From Phoronis australis (Eukaryota; Animalia; Phoronida): a stretch of DNA of 38,193 nt. Below the pieces are notes generated by a model. The model saw only the letters and a program-made list of their open reading frames with translations, did no database searches and was not told where the DNA came from. Each line of letters starts with the position of its first letter. Within the stretch, counting starts at the first letter, position 1. The translations under genes were made by a program, and so were the position numbers. The stretch is taken from the NCBI GenBank assembly GCA_002633005.1, contig NMRA01000621.1:205824-244016 (forward strand), written 5' to 3'. Shown here piece by piece: positions 25,676 through 36,659 of the stretch.

Positions 25676-25798
25676 GGAGACAATTTGTGCCGGATCCAGA
25701 GTATCCTGACTTGCAAGTGCACGTGAAACTTCCGTGTGTGTTTGCGCATGTTGCATAAGTGTGACAGTTGTCAGTTCCACCGGCACACTCGTCTATGT
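25676..25798 (-). CDS. Exon 1 (in window): calcium-binding EGF domain
   Basis: ttttccAG|AC...CTCC|GTAAG, 123 nt, phase 1-1. [40 protein letters not shown] matches the EGF_CA consensus. Confidence 0.93.
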
Positions 25799-25855
25799 CT
25801 GGAAAAGAAACATTCATTCATGGTTGAGAATGATCAGTATACCATGTATTAGTTT

Positions 25856-26204
25856 CAGTAAAAATGGCCACTAGGTGGCGCAGACTACGTTGAATCTATC
25901 CGAAAACGGAAGGATACCGTCGTCTCACTAATAGATGCCAATACACCAAATTTTGTGAAAATATGTTGAGGGCCTTTGAAGATACAGAGGTAAACGTAAA
26001 AAACTAAAATTGCCACTAGGGGCACACCGGTAGTCGGATCCGTCCGAAACTTAGCTCATGCCGTACCATGCATTAGAGAAACACATGCACAAAGTTTCAT
26101 GAACATACGTCAACCGGTTTTGGAGAAAGAGTAGCGGACGCCGGACGGAAGCCGGTCGGACGCCGTTCGGACGGACAGACGGACGGACAGAGATGACGGT
26201 ATAA
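25856..26204 (+). mobile_element. Truncated HINE-like element (same family as 3795-4664)
   Basis: GGCCACTAGGTGGCGC at 25866, a GGAC/AGAC microsatellite, and truncation before the 3' hairpin. Duplicated at 27966-28188. Confidence 0.7.
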
Positions 26205-29200
26205 TCATTCAATACGTAAGCCAACGCTGCGTGTCATTATCTTACTCATATGGAGTACATTTTCCTGCGCGAAAGTAATTCACTTCTATCATTTTGCTCG
26301 GTAGACGGCGCTTTTGTAAACATGGTGGCTCGCCATTTCTGGTTTAGGCAGTAGACCTATCGCGTTTTTGAATCAATGTAAATGTTACTTAACAACTGTT
26401 GTAAATGCCGACTCAGATCAATGTCCGAACGGGGAATCTAACATGGACCAGTCATGTACGCCTGCACGGTGGTACTTGCTTAAAAGGTGAGTTAAAAGGG
26501 GTCTGAACTGAAGATAAATTGGTGTTTTTTGACAAATCACTGTGTCTGTGGCCGCTTGGACTTCGACTTCAGAGTGCAGTCTTATTACAACTAACTACTT
26601 TGGAACAAGTCGGATATAATGTTCCCCGGTTTTGAGAATGACGCTATCAATATGTTGTAATAACTTCAGTGGAGGTTCACTTGTTATACCTCACGGAATC
26701 AGGCGGTTATTGTTTACCATCCGACTCCATTAACGTACATACTTGATATTAATATAAACAATAACCAATCACGCTGTTAGTGCTAGCCAGAGGGAACACC
26801 GTCAGTGACAGCAAATATCTAGACTTGACCAGGCGAATACACGTGTTTTTGGTCACTTTATACAAGGGGAAAATGAGAAATGAACGTCAGGACAAGGACA
26901 TAGTCAAAGAAAGTCGATGAATGTAACAACTGAATAACATTCCTATTAGTCAGTGGATTAGATAATGACCACCGTCTCTAGCTGGCCCGAGTAGAGACGG
27001 TGAAGGGCCTCTTAGAGTTTCATACATCAAAGTCATGTTGTTTAAGTACCTCTTGCTCATAGAGGGACACCGTAGGTACCCAACTCAAACAAACACTCCT
27101 GTAATGTAACTTTTTCTACAATCAGTCCTTCGTTCAGTTGCCCAAATCGTCAACTGACCAGTTTTACACTGCGCGCTTACCTATTTTTACCGCGCCTGCC
27201 AGTGTGAGGCATGATTCGCCTTAATTCTTCAGACGTGTGTTAATGTCAGTGGATGAAATTTGTTATCCATCTCAGCGACCATTATATCCGAGCAGTAACT
27301 ATAGAACTTTTGCAAAAGGTTAATTGAACATATTTCCCATCTGCAGTACCAATGGAATTTGCAATTTCAGAAAAATAACAGGTACGGATATTTAAGATTG
27401 AAAACATAATACTTTCAGTGATATCCAAGATAGCGGCTTTCCAAACCAGTATTTAAGTAATTAGGTGTTGTTGCGACTTACCAGCTAAAAGTTTCACAAT
27501 ATGTAAATTCCGTTCAAGCGGCGGACTCAAAACCACAGTTTCTTGAAGGTATGCTAGGTTCAGAGTATGATGCATTTCCACACAACACTTCAGAAAAGAA
27601 GAGCTACTGAAACACTAAGTCCTTTTATTTTGCTCAGTACACATGTCTAAGATAGACGTTTCTGAAAACTAGATAATCACTCCTATAAAAATCTCAGTAG
27701 TTTCAATAGAATCAATCACGTAAAAAGTATGGTTTACGAGTATCAAACTGAACACAACACGAAAAACGCTAGTAAAAAGTGACAGAAGATTTGAATGTTG
27801 ACCATCAGTGGCTTGGAATATTTTCCCCAAACGGCCACCACTCAGATCTCTCCCCCATGGAAGCCCCGAATTTGCGTCATCTTCCATGTTTCCCAATTTC
27901 GCCCAGGGTGGACCCCAGTCCCCTCACTACGATAATGATGACCACAACAATATCATAAGAATAANAAAACTAAAATTGCCACTAGGGGCACACCGGTAGT
28001 CGGATCCGTCCGAAACTTAGCTCATGCCGTACCATGCATTAAAGAAACACATGCACAAAGTTTCATGAACATACATGTACGTCAACCGGTTTTGGAGAAA
28101 GAGTAGCGGACGCCGGACGGAAGCCGGTCGGACGCCGGTCGGACGCCGTTCGGACGGACAGACGGACGGACAGAGATGACGGTATAATCACTCAATACGT
28201 AAGCCAACGCTGCGTGTCATTATCTTACTCATATGGAGTACATTTTCCTGCGCGAAAGTAATTCACTTCTATCATTTTGCTCGGTAGACGGCGCTTTTGT
28301 AAACATGGTGGCTCGCCATTTCTGGTTTAGGCAGACCTATCGCGTTTTTGAATCAATGTAAATGTTACTTAACAACTGTTGTAAATGCCGACTCAGATCA
28401 ATGTCCGAACGGGGAATCTAACATGGACCAGTCATGTACGCCTGCACGGTGGTACTTGCTTAAACGGTGAGTTAAAAGGGGTCTGAACTGAAGATAAATT
28501 GGTGTTTTTTGACACATCACTGTGTCTGTGGCCGCTTGGACTTCGACTTCAGAGTGCAGTCTTATTACAACTAACTACTTTGGAACAAGTCGGAATGTTC
28601 CCCGGTTTTGAGAATGACGCTATCAATATGTTGTAATAACTTCAGTGGAGGTTCACTTGTTATACCTCACGGAATCAGGCGGTTATTGTTTACCATCCGA
28701 CTCCATTACTCCATTCTTGATATTAATATAAACAATAACCGATCGCGCTCTTTGTGTTAGCCAGACGGAACACGGTCAGTGACAGCAAATGTCTAGACTT
28801 GACCAGGCGAATACACGTGTTGTTGGTCACTTTATACAAGGGGAACATGAGAAATGAACGTCAGGACAAGGACATAGTCGAAAAAGTCGATGAATGTAAC
28901 AACTGAATAACATTCCTATTAGTCAGTGGATTAGATAATGACCACCGTCTCTAGCTGGCCCCAGTAGAGACGGTGAAGGGCCTCTGAGAGTTTCATACAT
29001 CAAAGTCATGTTGTTTAAGTACCTCTTGCTCATAGAGGGACACCTCAGGTACCCAACTCAAACAAACACACCTGTAATGTAACTTTTTCTACCATTCAGT
29101 CCTTCGTTCAGTTGCCCAAATCGTCAACTGACCAGTTTTACACTGCGCGCCCACCTATTTTTACCGCGCCCGCCCGTGTGAGGCATGATTCGCCTTAATT

Positions 29201-29879
29201 CTTCAGACGTGTGTTAATGTCAGTGGATGAAACTTGTTATCCATGTCAGCGACCATTATACCCGAGCAGTAACTATAGAACTTTTGCAAAAGGTTAATTG
29301 AACATATTTCCCATCTGCAGTACTAAAATTGATCAGCTTGATTAAAATTTTACAGCCGTGAGTCAACTCAATTGAACAAAGATAATTCTAGGGGGCACGA
29401 TTCAGTCATCCAAGTAAAAAAATTGAAAGCGAACTTGCTATTTACGTATTTTTAATTTCAGATGGCGAACTGTAATACTCCACTGAAGAAGGCAAAGTCA
29501 AAAGACATGCATATTATGTGGCAAACTCTTATAAAAATCTACATTAAAGCAGAGGCTCTTGGATTTTTTACCTCGTTTATATTCAATTCAACAATGATTT
29601 GCTGGACACTAGGCCTGTCTTTATCTGCAGCTCATGCATTCTGTTTTGTTCAAAACTCACACAGCTGCACAAATCCACAAGAATGGATATCAGCATTCTC
29701 ATTGCTCAGTCTGAAGATCGGCAGAAACATGTAGTAATTGATTCGCCATCTGTTTCCTAAGGCGCCAACAGGAACAAAGAGATTGTTAAATTTTGAGTCC
29801 GAGTTAGTTGACCATGGGTATTCAGTATCTGAGGATTATAAACAATCCAACCCCTTCCTGTCAAACGTGTCTAAAGACT

Positions 29880-32400
29880 CAACTGTGCAACTTGATCGGA
29901 AACTGTTTAAAATCAGTACATCTTTGGATGACCGCTTTAAGAAAAAATGTGCTTAGCTTTCCCATGAGGGACCTGGATGACAAGCCGCTTCTTTGGAAAA
30001 TTGTGAAAGAAGAGGAAAATCGTCGACATGGGCTACAAATTCTGTGTGTCATTCACTTCATATTGCCATAATGCATGGGATACATCTAGATTTTTGCCAA
30101 AAACCCTCAACTCTGTGCCGTACAGAGGCTATTGTCTGCTGCGTGTATTCGTCATCATGCTGGCAATGGTGCATGTTTGAAAATTTTCAGATGGCTCACA
30201 TTTATTTTTTTAACATAAAGTTTTAGCAAATGTTACATAGTTGATGATAGCAATTAGATCGGTGATATATTACATTAAAAGTTCTCCAGATTGAGACAGC
30301 CTCCTAAATTCAGAGCACAGAAATCTTGGCTGAAATATATTTTTTTTAATCCTGAAGTTTGAGGAGTGAGTGATTTGTATATTTTCGTACTTTTCAAATT
30401 CATAACGCAATGTTGTAGCATAACAGGTTGCAAGAATACTCCTGTAAGTTCATAAAAAGTGACTCTCATGACAAACATTTAATAAATTGTTACCATTCCC
30501 CTTGAATTTCTGACGGACAATTGTGTGAATTTCTAAAAAATGGGACAAGTTCCGACTTTGATCAAAATAATTATTCACTGTCCCATACTAGAGAATTTTT
30601 GCGTAATCGATTTTTGAAATTCAGTGTGTAGTTAACTGTAAAACTGATGGATGACTGTTCTTGTTTATAAGAGGATCTGCTTTAAGAAAAAAGGTTGTAA
30701 AGTGAAGACAATGTATTGTTTAGTTTATGATCTTTAGTGATAGTGTGGTAGTTTACACCAGCTTTAAAAACGTCAGTGACGAAAGGTAGAAATCATAAAT
30801 GACAACAGATATCACTATTCCAGATAATAGTGGCAGTACCCGTGTGGTTAAAGAGTCATGACATAATGCTTTCGACTTAAAAATCTTGAGGGACTTTCAG
30901 ATATGTAAGCTATGAGTGTTTTTTACACAAGAAATAATGTGTGTGTGTGTGTGTGTTGTTAAAATCAGTTGCAGAGTGAGTTAGCCACTGAATGATCTCA
31001 GTGCTTAAGAGCAATTCCATATAAAAACCAGATGGTGGGCTATATATGCAAAATTACCAATTTTTTTGAATCTTAGCACATCAGCTGGCCTTGTCAAAAG
31101 AAACCTGAGCCTGAATTTTTAAGAGTTTCCGAGTTTTTTTTTACCCTTTTTACGACCACTTTGTATTTTTTCTGAAAAATAGCAAATAATAGTACATGGA
31201 AGTAGGTGACTTTTTGTCAGCAACAGCACATCTTCGCTTCACGCTATTGAAAAAATAATTATATAGCAGAAAGAAGAAAGAATAACATACAAGAAAAACT
31301 AGTTGGGGTGGATTTATTGATTTTTTATGTCCTCCCATTTTAGCCTACAAAAACATCATTTTCACTTCTTAATATTAAGGCCATTTTTACGCATTTTTAT
31401 CACTCTGCCAAATCTATATCGAATTGTTTTGGAACATGAGTTAACTTCCATCTGTTACAGCTGTCTTTGTTCAGTCCAACGCAAGAATAAAAAATCTTGT
31501 CTCTTTCATAGTTTTTGTTCAGTCAGTTTTTTACATAACTCACTTACACACTTTTCTGTCAGTTTGATTAAAAGACTCTAGGAGGCGCTACTCGGTTATT
31601 CAATTAACTATCGACCAACATGCCAAATAGAACAAATATCATTCGTTTTGCTGCATCAGTGACGAAGGAGATCATGGGAAGCTGTATGAAAGATTTTTTT
31701 TTCTTCGCGGATTTTCAGTTTTGCTGGTGCAAAAATAAAAATTTGTTATAGGATTAAAGAAACCAAAAAGTCAAGCTTAATGTACTTACGAGTTAATTAT
31801 ACAAATCCATCAACATCTCATACTTCAGAGAAGCAGGTTTCATTCTTATCGAGGGTGCCCATTACCCATTGCTTGGTCAGTTTTCAAACACCGTAATTGA
31901 CTAAGAATCCCACGCACTGTCTGCAGTGCACGCTGGTCCATTTTCAGACCTCCTTAACAAATCCCTGTATATGCGCTTGAAAAAGTCCTCTCAAACTATT
32001 AGCAAAGTTCACACTCAAACTAATCAAGATCTTTGAGATCACAAGTGAAAAGAGGACGGTGGATACGAGCAGAAGTGTCGTGTTATTGGACATGCAAAGT
32101 GTCACGCAATGCTTCTTGTACTACACAAAAGCGGCCGAGCATGGTGGCAGTGCGCCAATGGAATTTGCAATTTCAGAAAAATAACAGGTACGGATATTTA
32201 AGATTGAAAACATAATACTTTCAGTGATATCCAAGATAGCGGCTTTCCAAAGCAGTATTTAAGTAATCAGGTGTTGTTGCGACTTACCAGCTAAAAGTTT
32301 CACAATATGTAAATTCCGTTCAAGCGGCGGACTCAAAACCACAGTTTCTTGAAGGTATGCTAGGTTCAGAGTATGATGCATTTCCACACAACACTTCAAA
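29880..32400 (-). mobile_element. Possible very decayed hAT-like transposase relic
   Basis: Motif-like pieces in the correct order on the minus strand: CVEMHHTLNL (CxxH-LNL-like, ~32390), HWRTATMLGRF..QEAL (RW..MLxRF-like, ~32150), EGFW and HIFS*SG (dimerisation-domain-like, ~30100-29930). Heavily disrupted. Confidence 0.3.
30938..30956. repeat. (TG)n microsatellite
   Basis: About 9 TG units. Confidence 0.9.
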
Positions 32401-32661
32401 AAACTGCATTTTGTTTGAAGAAAACAAGAGCTACTGAAACACTAAGTCCTTTTATTTTGCTCAGTACACATGTCTAAGATAGACGTTTCTGAAAACTAGA
32501 TAATCACTCCTATAAAAATCTCAGTAGTTTCAATAGAATCAATCATGTAAAAAGTATGGTTTACGAGTATCAAACTGAACACAAAACGAAAAACGCTAGT
32601 AAAAAGTGACAGGAGATTTGAATGTTGACCATCAGTGGCTTGGAATATTTTCCCCAAACGN

Positions 32662-33790
32662 TACATTTTGTTGCCTTCATTGACGAAGTACTTGGCATGG
32701 GATTTCAAGGGTGCAATTTTCCTGTCACAGATGTTTTTTCCCTTTTGACTTTCACTGAAGTCGTAGTGCAGAATGGAGATATGTAGCATATCTAGCGTTA
32801 AACAGCAAACAGTGAAAAAGTCTTGCTTGCAGGCATCTAGAGTATGGATGTAAGTATGTACCTGAAATACAACAATTATGTAACTCAAATGGGTCAGCTA
32901 GTTTAAAGAACTACCTTATCACATCTTATTACCACCTAAACCGCAATCACACCACTCAACTTCAAACATGGTTCGTCTCAACACGTTATTATATCAGTAA
33001 CTCCTTCAAAACATTTCCAGGAAAGGGGAAATTTCCCCTTCACAAAGATATGGAAATCATCCATAAGTACAAAATGGCTTCAGTTAAAATGAAGGTTTGT
33101 GTGCAAAATCTACTAAGAGACAAAAGAATGTATCACTGTCAAGCTTTTGTTGGGAAATGGCAAGAAAAAGACTAAATATTAAGTGCACACTCCCTGTATC
33201 TTGTACTGTTACAGTAAATCCATATACTAAAAAGAGGTAAAGGCAACAACATTGTTCATCACTGTCTTTCTGTTTAATATTGAGCACATCTGAGAATTAC
33301 TTTGCAACACCGTGAATACTAATTGAGGATTTATTTTTACCTGGTGGCATTCACCTTTCTTTGTGATACAAGCCGCCACGTGCCACGAGATCCTTTTTTC
33401 CAAACCAGTCGGACTGTGCTTCACGGAAACTGATGGGTATGAACTTCATTGCAAAATCTATTACAACCAAAACTTGGTGTGGGGTGAGAGATGACTTCAG
33501 ATCCTGTTTTGCTTGTTCCTTGTTTATCCCTCTGAAAATATGCTGTGTGTTCTGGATAACAGCACGTCAATTTTTGTCTAAAGCCAAGACCAAACTCATG
33601 TCGATGTGTAAAATATATCACGACACATTTCCATTGGTTTGCCAGCCAGTCCAACCTCCTATCTCCAGCTCTGGCAAGAATCAGCTGTAATTCCAATATA
33701 CTTTCAAACTTCTGTGGCACTTTCCACGACCTCAGATGACTTCTGACGTCTTTAACACGGCTAATGAAGGCCACATTTCCTCCGCGATCA
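32662..33790 (-). pseudogene. Intron-containing DDE transposase relic, Sola3-like
   Basis: LILARAG...HRHEFGLG...CCYPEH; then IDFAMKFIPISFREAQSDWFGKK/ISWHV (frameshift); GT-AG intron 33340-32862; then VHTYIHTLDACKQD...YDFSESQKGKNICDRKIAPLKSH..FVNEG. Superfamily assigned from recalled motifs. Confidence 0.7.
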
Positions 33791-35331
33791 CACGTATGTA
33801 ACGAAAATTAAACAAATGTACAAGAAGGAAATTCCTCCATATTCTTTGCAGTGACAGGAAGTGCATGTAATCTCGAACCAAAAGTGCTATTGGTAAAAAT
33901 AAACAAAGCATGGAGTGTTTTAGAAAATTAGGGTCTCAAAAGTAAAATTTAAATTTTTGTGATATTGCATTGTTGATATTAGATCATATAATTTAGGTGA
34001 TATCTCTAAACTAAAAGAGTAGCCTCAATTCTCTTGTCAGTCAGACTAAGGCCACATCACAAAAATGCCCAAATTCGAGGGCCACGTTTAGCACTAAATA
34101 TATAAGAGACAAGTATTTTTAAAAGCAATTATCAAAGTTCAATCTTAGAAGTGTCTACACAGATAATTTCAATTTCAAATATATTCCGATATAGCAGGCA
34201 GGTTAAGCAACATCTTGCCACTAGTGACTGGCCTGAAAAGTGGTCTCGGAGTTTTCTCCTCTGCTGGAAATTTAATTGTACCTATGAGTTGCAAATTTCA
34301 TTTTCTTACTAACCTTACATGAGTCTTTATGACCATCAATGTCAAACTGTGTCACCAGTTTTCCAAGTCTGATTTTTTGCCGTTCAAAAAAGGCAGTTTT
34401 ACTGACATGAAAAAATGCAAAATATGCCTTTATAGCCAAATAGGTCATATCTCGGTAACCAAAGGTCATTGAGTGCAAATATTGCAGCAGTGTACTTTAG
34501 GCCAGCATCCCAACACATGCACAAAGTATTAGTTCTGTATGAATTTTTGAGTATAAATAGTGATTTTTCATTTTCATATGGTTTTTATATGGAATCATTC
34601 TTAGTATGCTTAAGGGTTTTGGTCAAAGAATAATAATTTTATTGGTTAGACTGATACATACCAAGGGAACTTGAGCCATGTGATCAATTGTTATTGTTTA
34701 CATATGTTTTGGAAAAAAAATTGGTTAACGACACAATGAAACGTTACAATTTTGTCTTTAGCATCTAAAGTCAATGTATAATAAAGGATTACTTTTACAT
34801 AAATATTTAAAATATTATAGATTTTGGATTTCCTATATATCGTTAAGGTTAAGAATGCATGCCTACATGATGTTCTCTGCACATTTGTTGATTTGATAAA
34901 AGTATCACATCACTGATGGTGTTACTCTATCAAAAAACAAAAATTAAAGGGCAATTTTGACAGTAAAATCAACCATGAAAATCCTATTTTAATAATGTGG
35001 ATTTCTGACTCTGTCCCAATTTTTGTACTTTAGGGTGACCTAAAAGGGCTGCTGGGTTCCTTGTTAATTCCAGGTTGTCGTGTCTCTTGGGAGACATTTT
35101 TTATTTAGTGCACCTGCATTGAATAAATTTATGTTTTTGATAATTTTTTGGCAGCTTTCCCATATTTCAGTAAAACTTCCAGGCTCAGATTTGGGAATTC
35201 TGGGTATTAGAAAAGGCATAAAAATTGGTAATGTGAAACCTGTTGTGATACGAATAGATGTTATTGAAATTTTTTTTTCTGTCTACATTAGACTCACAAT
35301 GTGTCCTTCGTTGATTACCACAATTGCCACG

Positions 35332-35379
35332 TTGCAAGCTAATTCCTTGTTTTGGAAGCTAATTCCTTGTTTTGCAAGC
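35332..35379. repeat. 20-bp tandem repeat, ~2.4 copies
   Basis: ttgcaagctaattccttgtt repeated. Confidence 0.85.
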
Positions 35380-35468
35380 GTCTCACACCATCACTTGTTG
35401 ATGACAGAGCCTCAGGGTTAGCATACACTACTTGATAATTTACTTTAATTATATCACTAATTGGAACA

Positions 35469-35752
35469 CATAGGCGGATTTAGGGGAAGGGGGCAGGGGC
35501 TGTCGCAAGCAAAATGAAACAGCAACAGCGCGACGCGTGAGGAAATATAACTAGGACCGCTACTGGAGAAGGGCGGGGTCTCGTTCCCATTTTTTTAGTT
35601 TTAAAAAATTTTAGTTGATAGATTTCCCAACAGAAGCTTCATATTCCGGGCCCCTGCAACTTTCGGGATGCCGGTACATATACAACCGCTCTCTGCTCAA
35701 TTTCCCGAGGCCACGTGTTGGGCCCCACCTACTGGACCCTGATCCGCCACTG
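35469..35752. mobile_element. 284-bp MITE with imperfect TIRs and 5-bp TSD GAACA
   Basis: Left end CATAGGCGGATTTAGGG; right end reverse-complemented CAGTGGCGGATCAGGG. GAACA at 35464-68 and 35753-57. Confidence 0.75.
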
Positions 35753-35822
35753 GAACAGTACTACAAAACATCACCACACTGATGTCTCGCAAAAATGTTG
35801 CTGTTCTGGTATTGTAATTAGT

Positions 35823-36075
35823 CATAGGCGGGTTTGAGGGGAGGGGGGTGCAGGGGACCCAACCCCTGGCCGGTGCAAGCAAACTTAAACAGCAACAGCG
35901 TGAAGAAATATGGAGTTCACCAACAAGGAACAGGAAGCCTCGGCAGAATCGGGTTGCCGTTTTATTTTTTTTTGGGGGGTGACACCAGGGCACATTGCCG
36001 GCCCCCGCAACTTTCGGGGTGGCTGTGCATACAATCGCGCTTTGCCCAATTCTCCGAGGCAGCATGTTGGACCCA
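35823..36075 (+). mobile_element. Second, diverged and 3'-truncated copy of the same MITE
   Basis: Shares cataggcgg, aaacagcaacagcg, gcaactttcggg and ccgagg..tgttgg with 35469-35752. Confidence 0.7.
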
Positions 36076-36659
36076 GTCTTATGATATCTAAGGCAAAGAT
36101 CTACTAAAATTTGGTGAACTACAGGGCTAATAAGCAAGCAAATTGCAGTTCAGTGTGGGAACGTCAAAAGTGCAATTAGTTCATCTGTCAACTGTGCTTC
36201 TTCTGCAACTTTTATTTTAATCGCACAGTGAACCTTTAATGTTCACTTAGTGATAGCTAAACCGTTTCAATAATGTTTTTCGTTTTAAAATTGCTTCAAT
36301 TAATACTACAGGTACTCCAATATCGTCCGCATTCTTCGCGATTCTACTGGGGGATTACATTGACAGGCAATACCCCGAGTACGCATGACAAGGGAGACAA
36401 GTCTTTCTTTTGATACATAAACGAGTCGACAAATACGAATTTTCTCATCTGCAAGGATTATAATTACCATTTTTAAGAACTTAGTCCTAACTGCTACAAA
36501 ACGCATTCAAATTACAATAATGACGAAACGTTTTTCTGCGGTTTATTTGGCGTGGATACGAACAGATATGATCTCACGAGATCCAGCCTCATCACCCGTT
36601 TTTCGCGGTATTTTGTAAATGTGATGTGCCATATGTGAAAGACTAGTCGCCAACCGACG

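Larger units (their letters stand above)
4730..25798 (-). other. Multi-exon gene span (partial at both ends): large extracellular EGF + FN3/Ig-like repeat protein of an uncharacterised invertebrate family
   Basis: 14 stop-free exons with AG/GT boundaries. Phases chain correctly for exons 1-10 (2105 nt) and 11-14 (2687 nt). Recurrent motifs: DFTKP, DSSPP, DKTPP, DQTPP, DTTAP; LGVTPGGD, LGTTPSVDD, GTSPGDED; SDGVTVD, SDGMNI, SNGYIVD. Many NxS/T sequons. Confidence 0.88.
26000..32660 (+). repeat. Haplotype-like duplication: 26000-27833 is repeated as 27966-32660 with an extra ~2.83 kb (29324-32155)
   Basis: 26000-27349 aligns to 27966-29323 and 27350-27833 aligns to 32156-32660. The second copy is bounded exactly by N27965 and N32661. 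Confidence 0.9.

Noticed and set aside
29706-29735. CTGAAGA...GAAACATGT hammerhead-like string
   Set aside because: Stems I and II cannot form.
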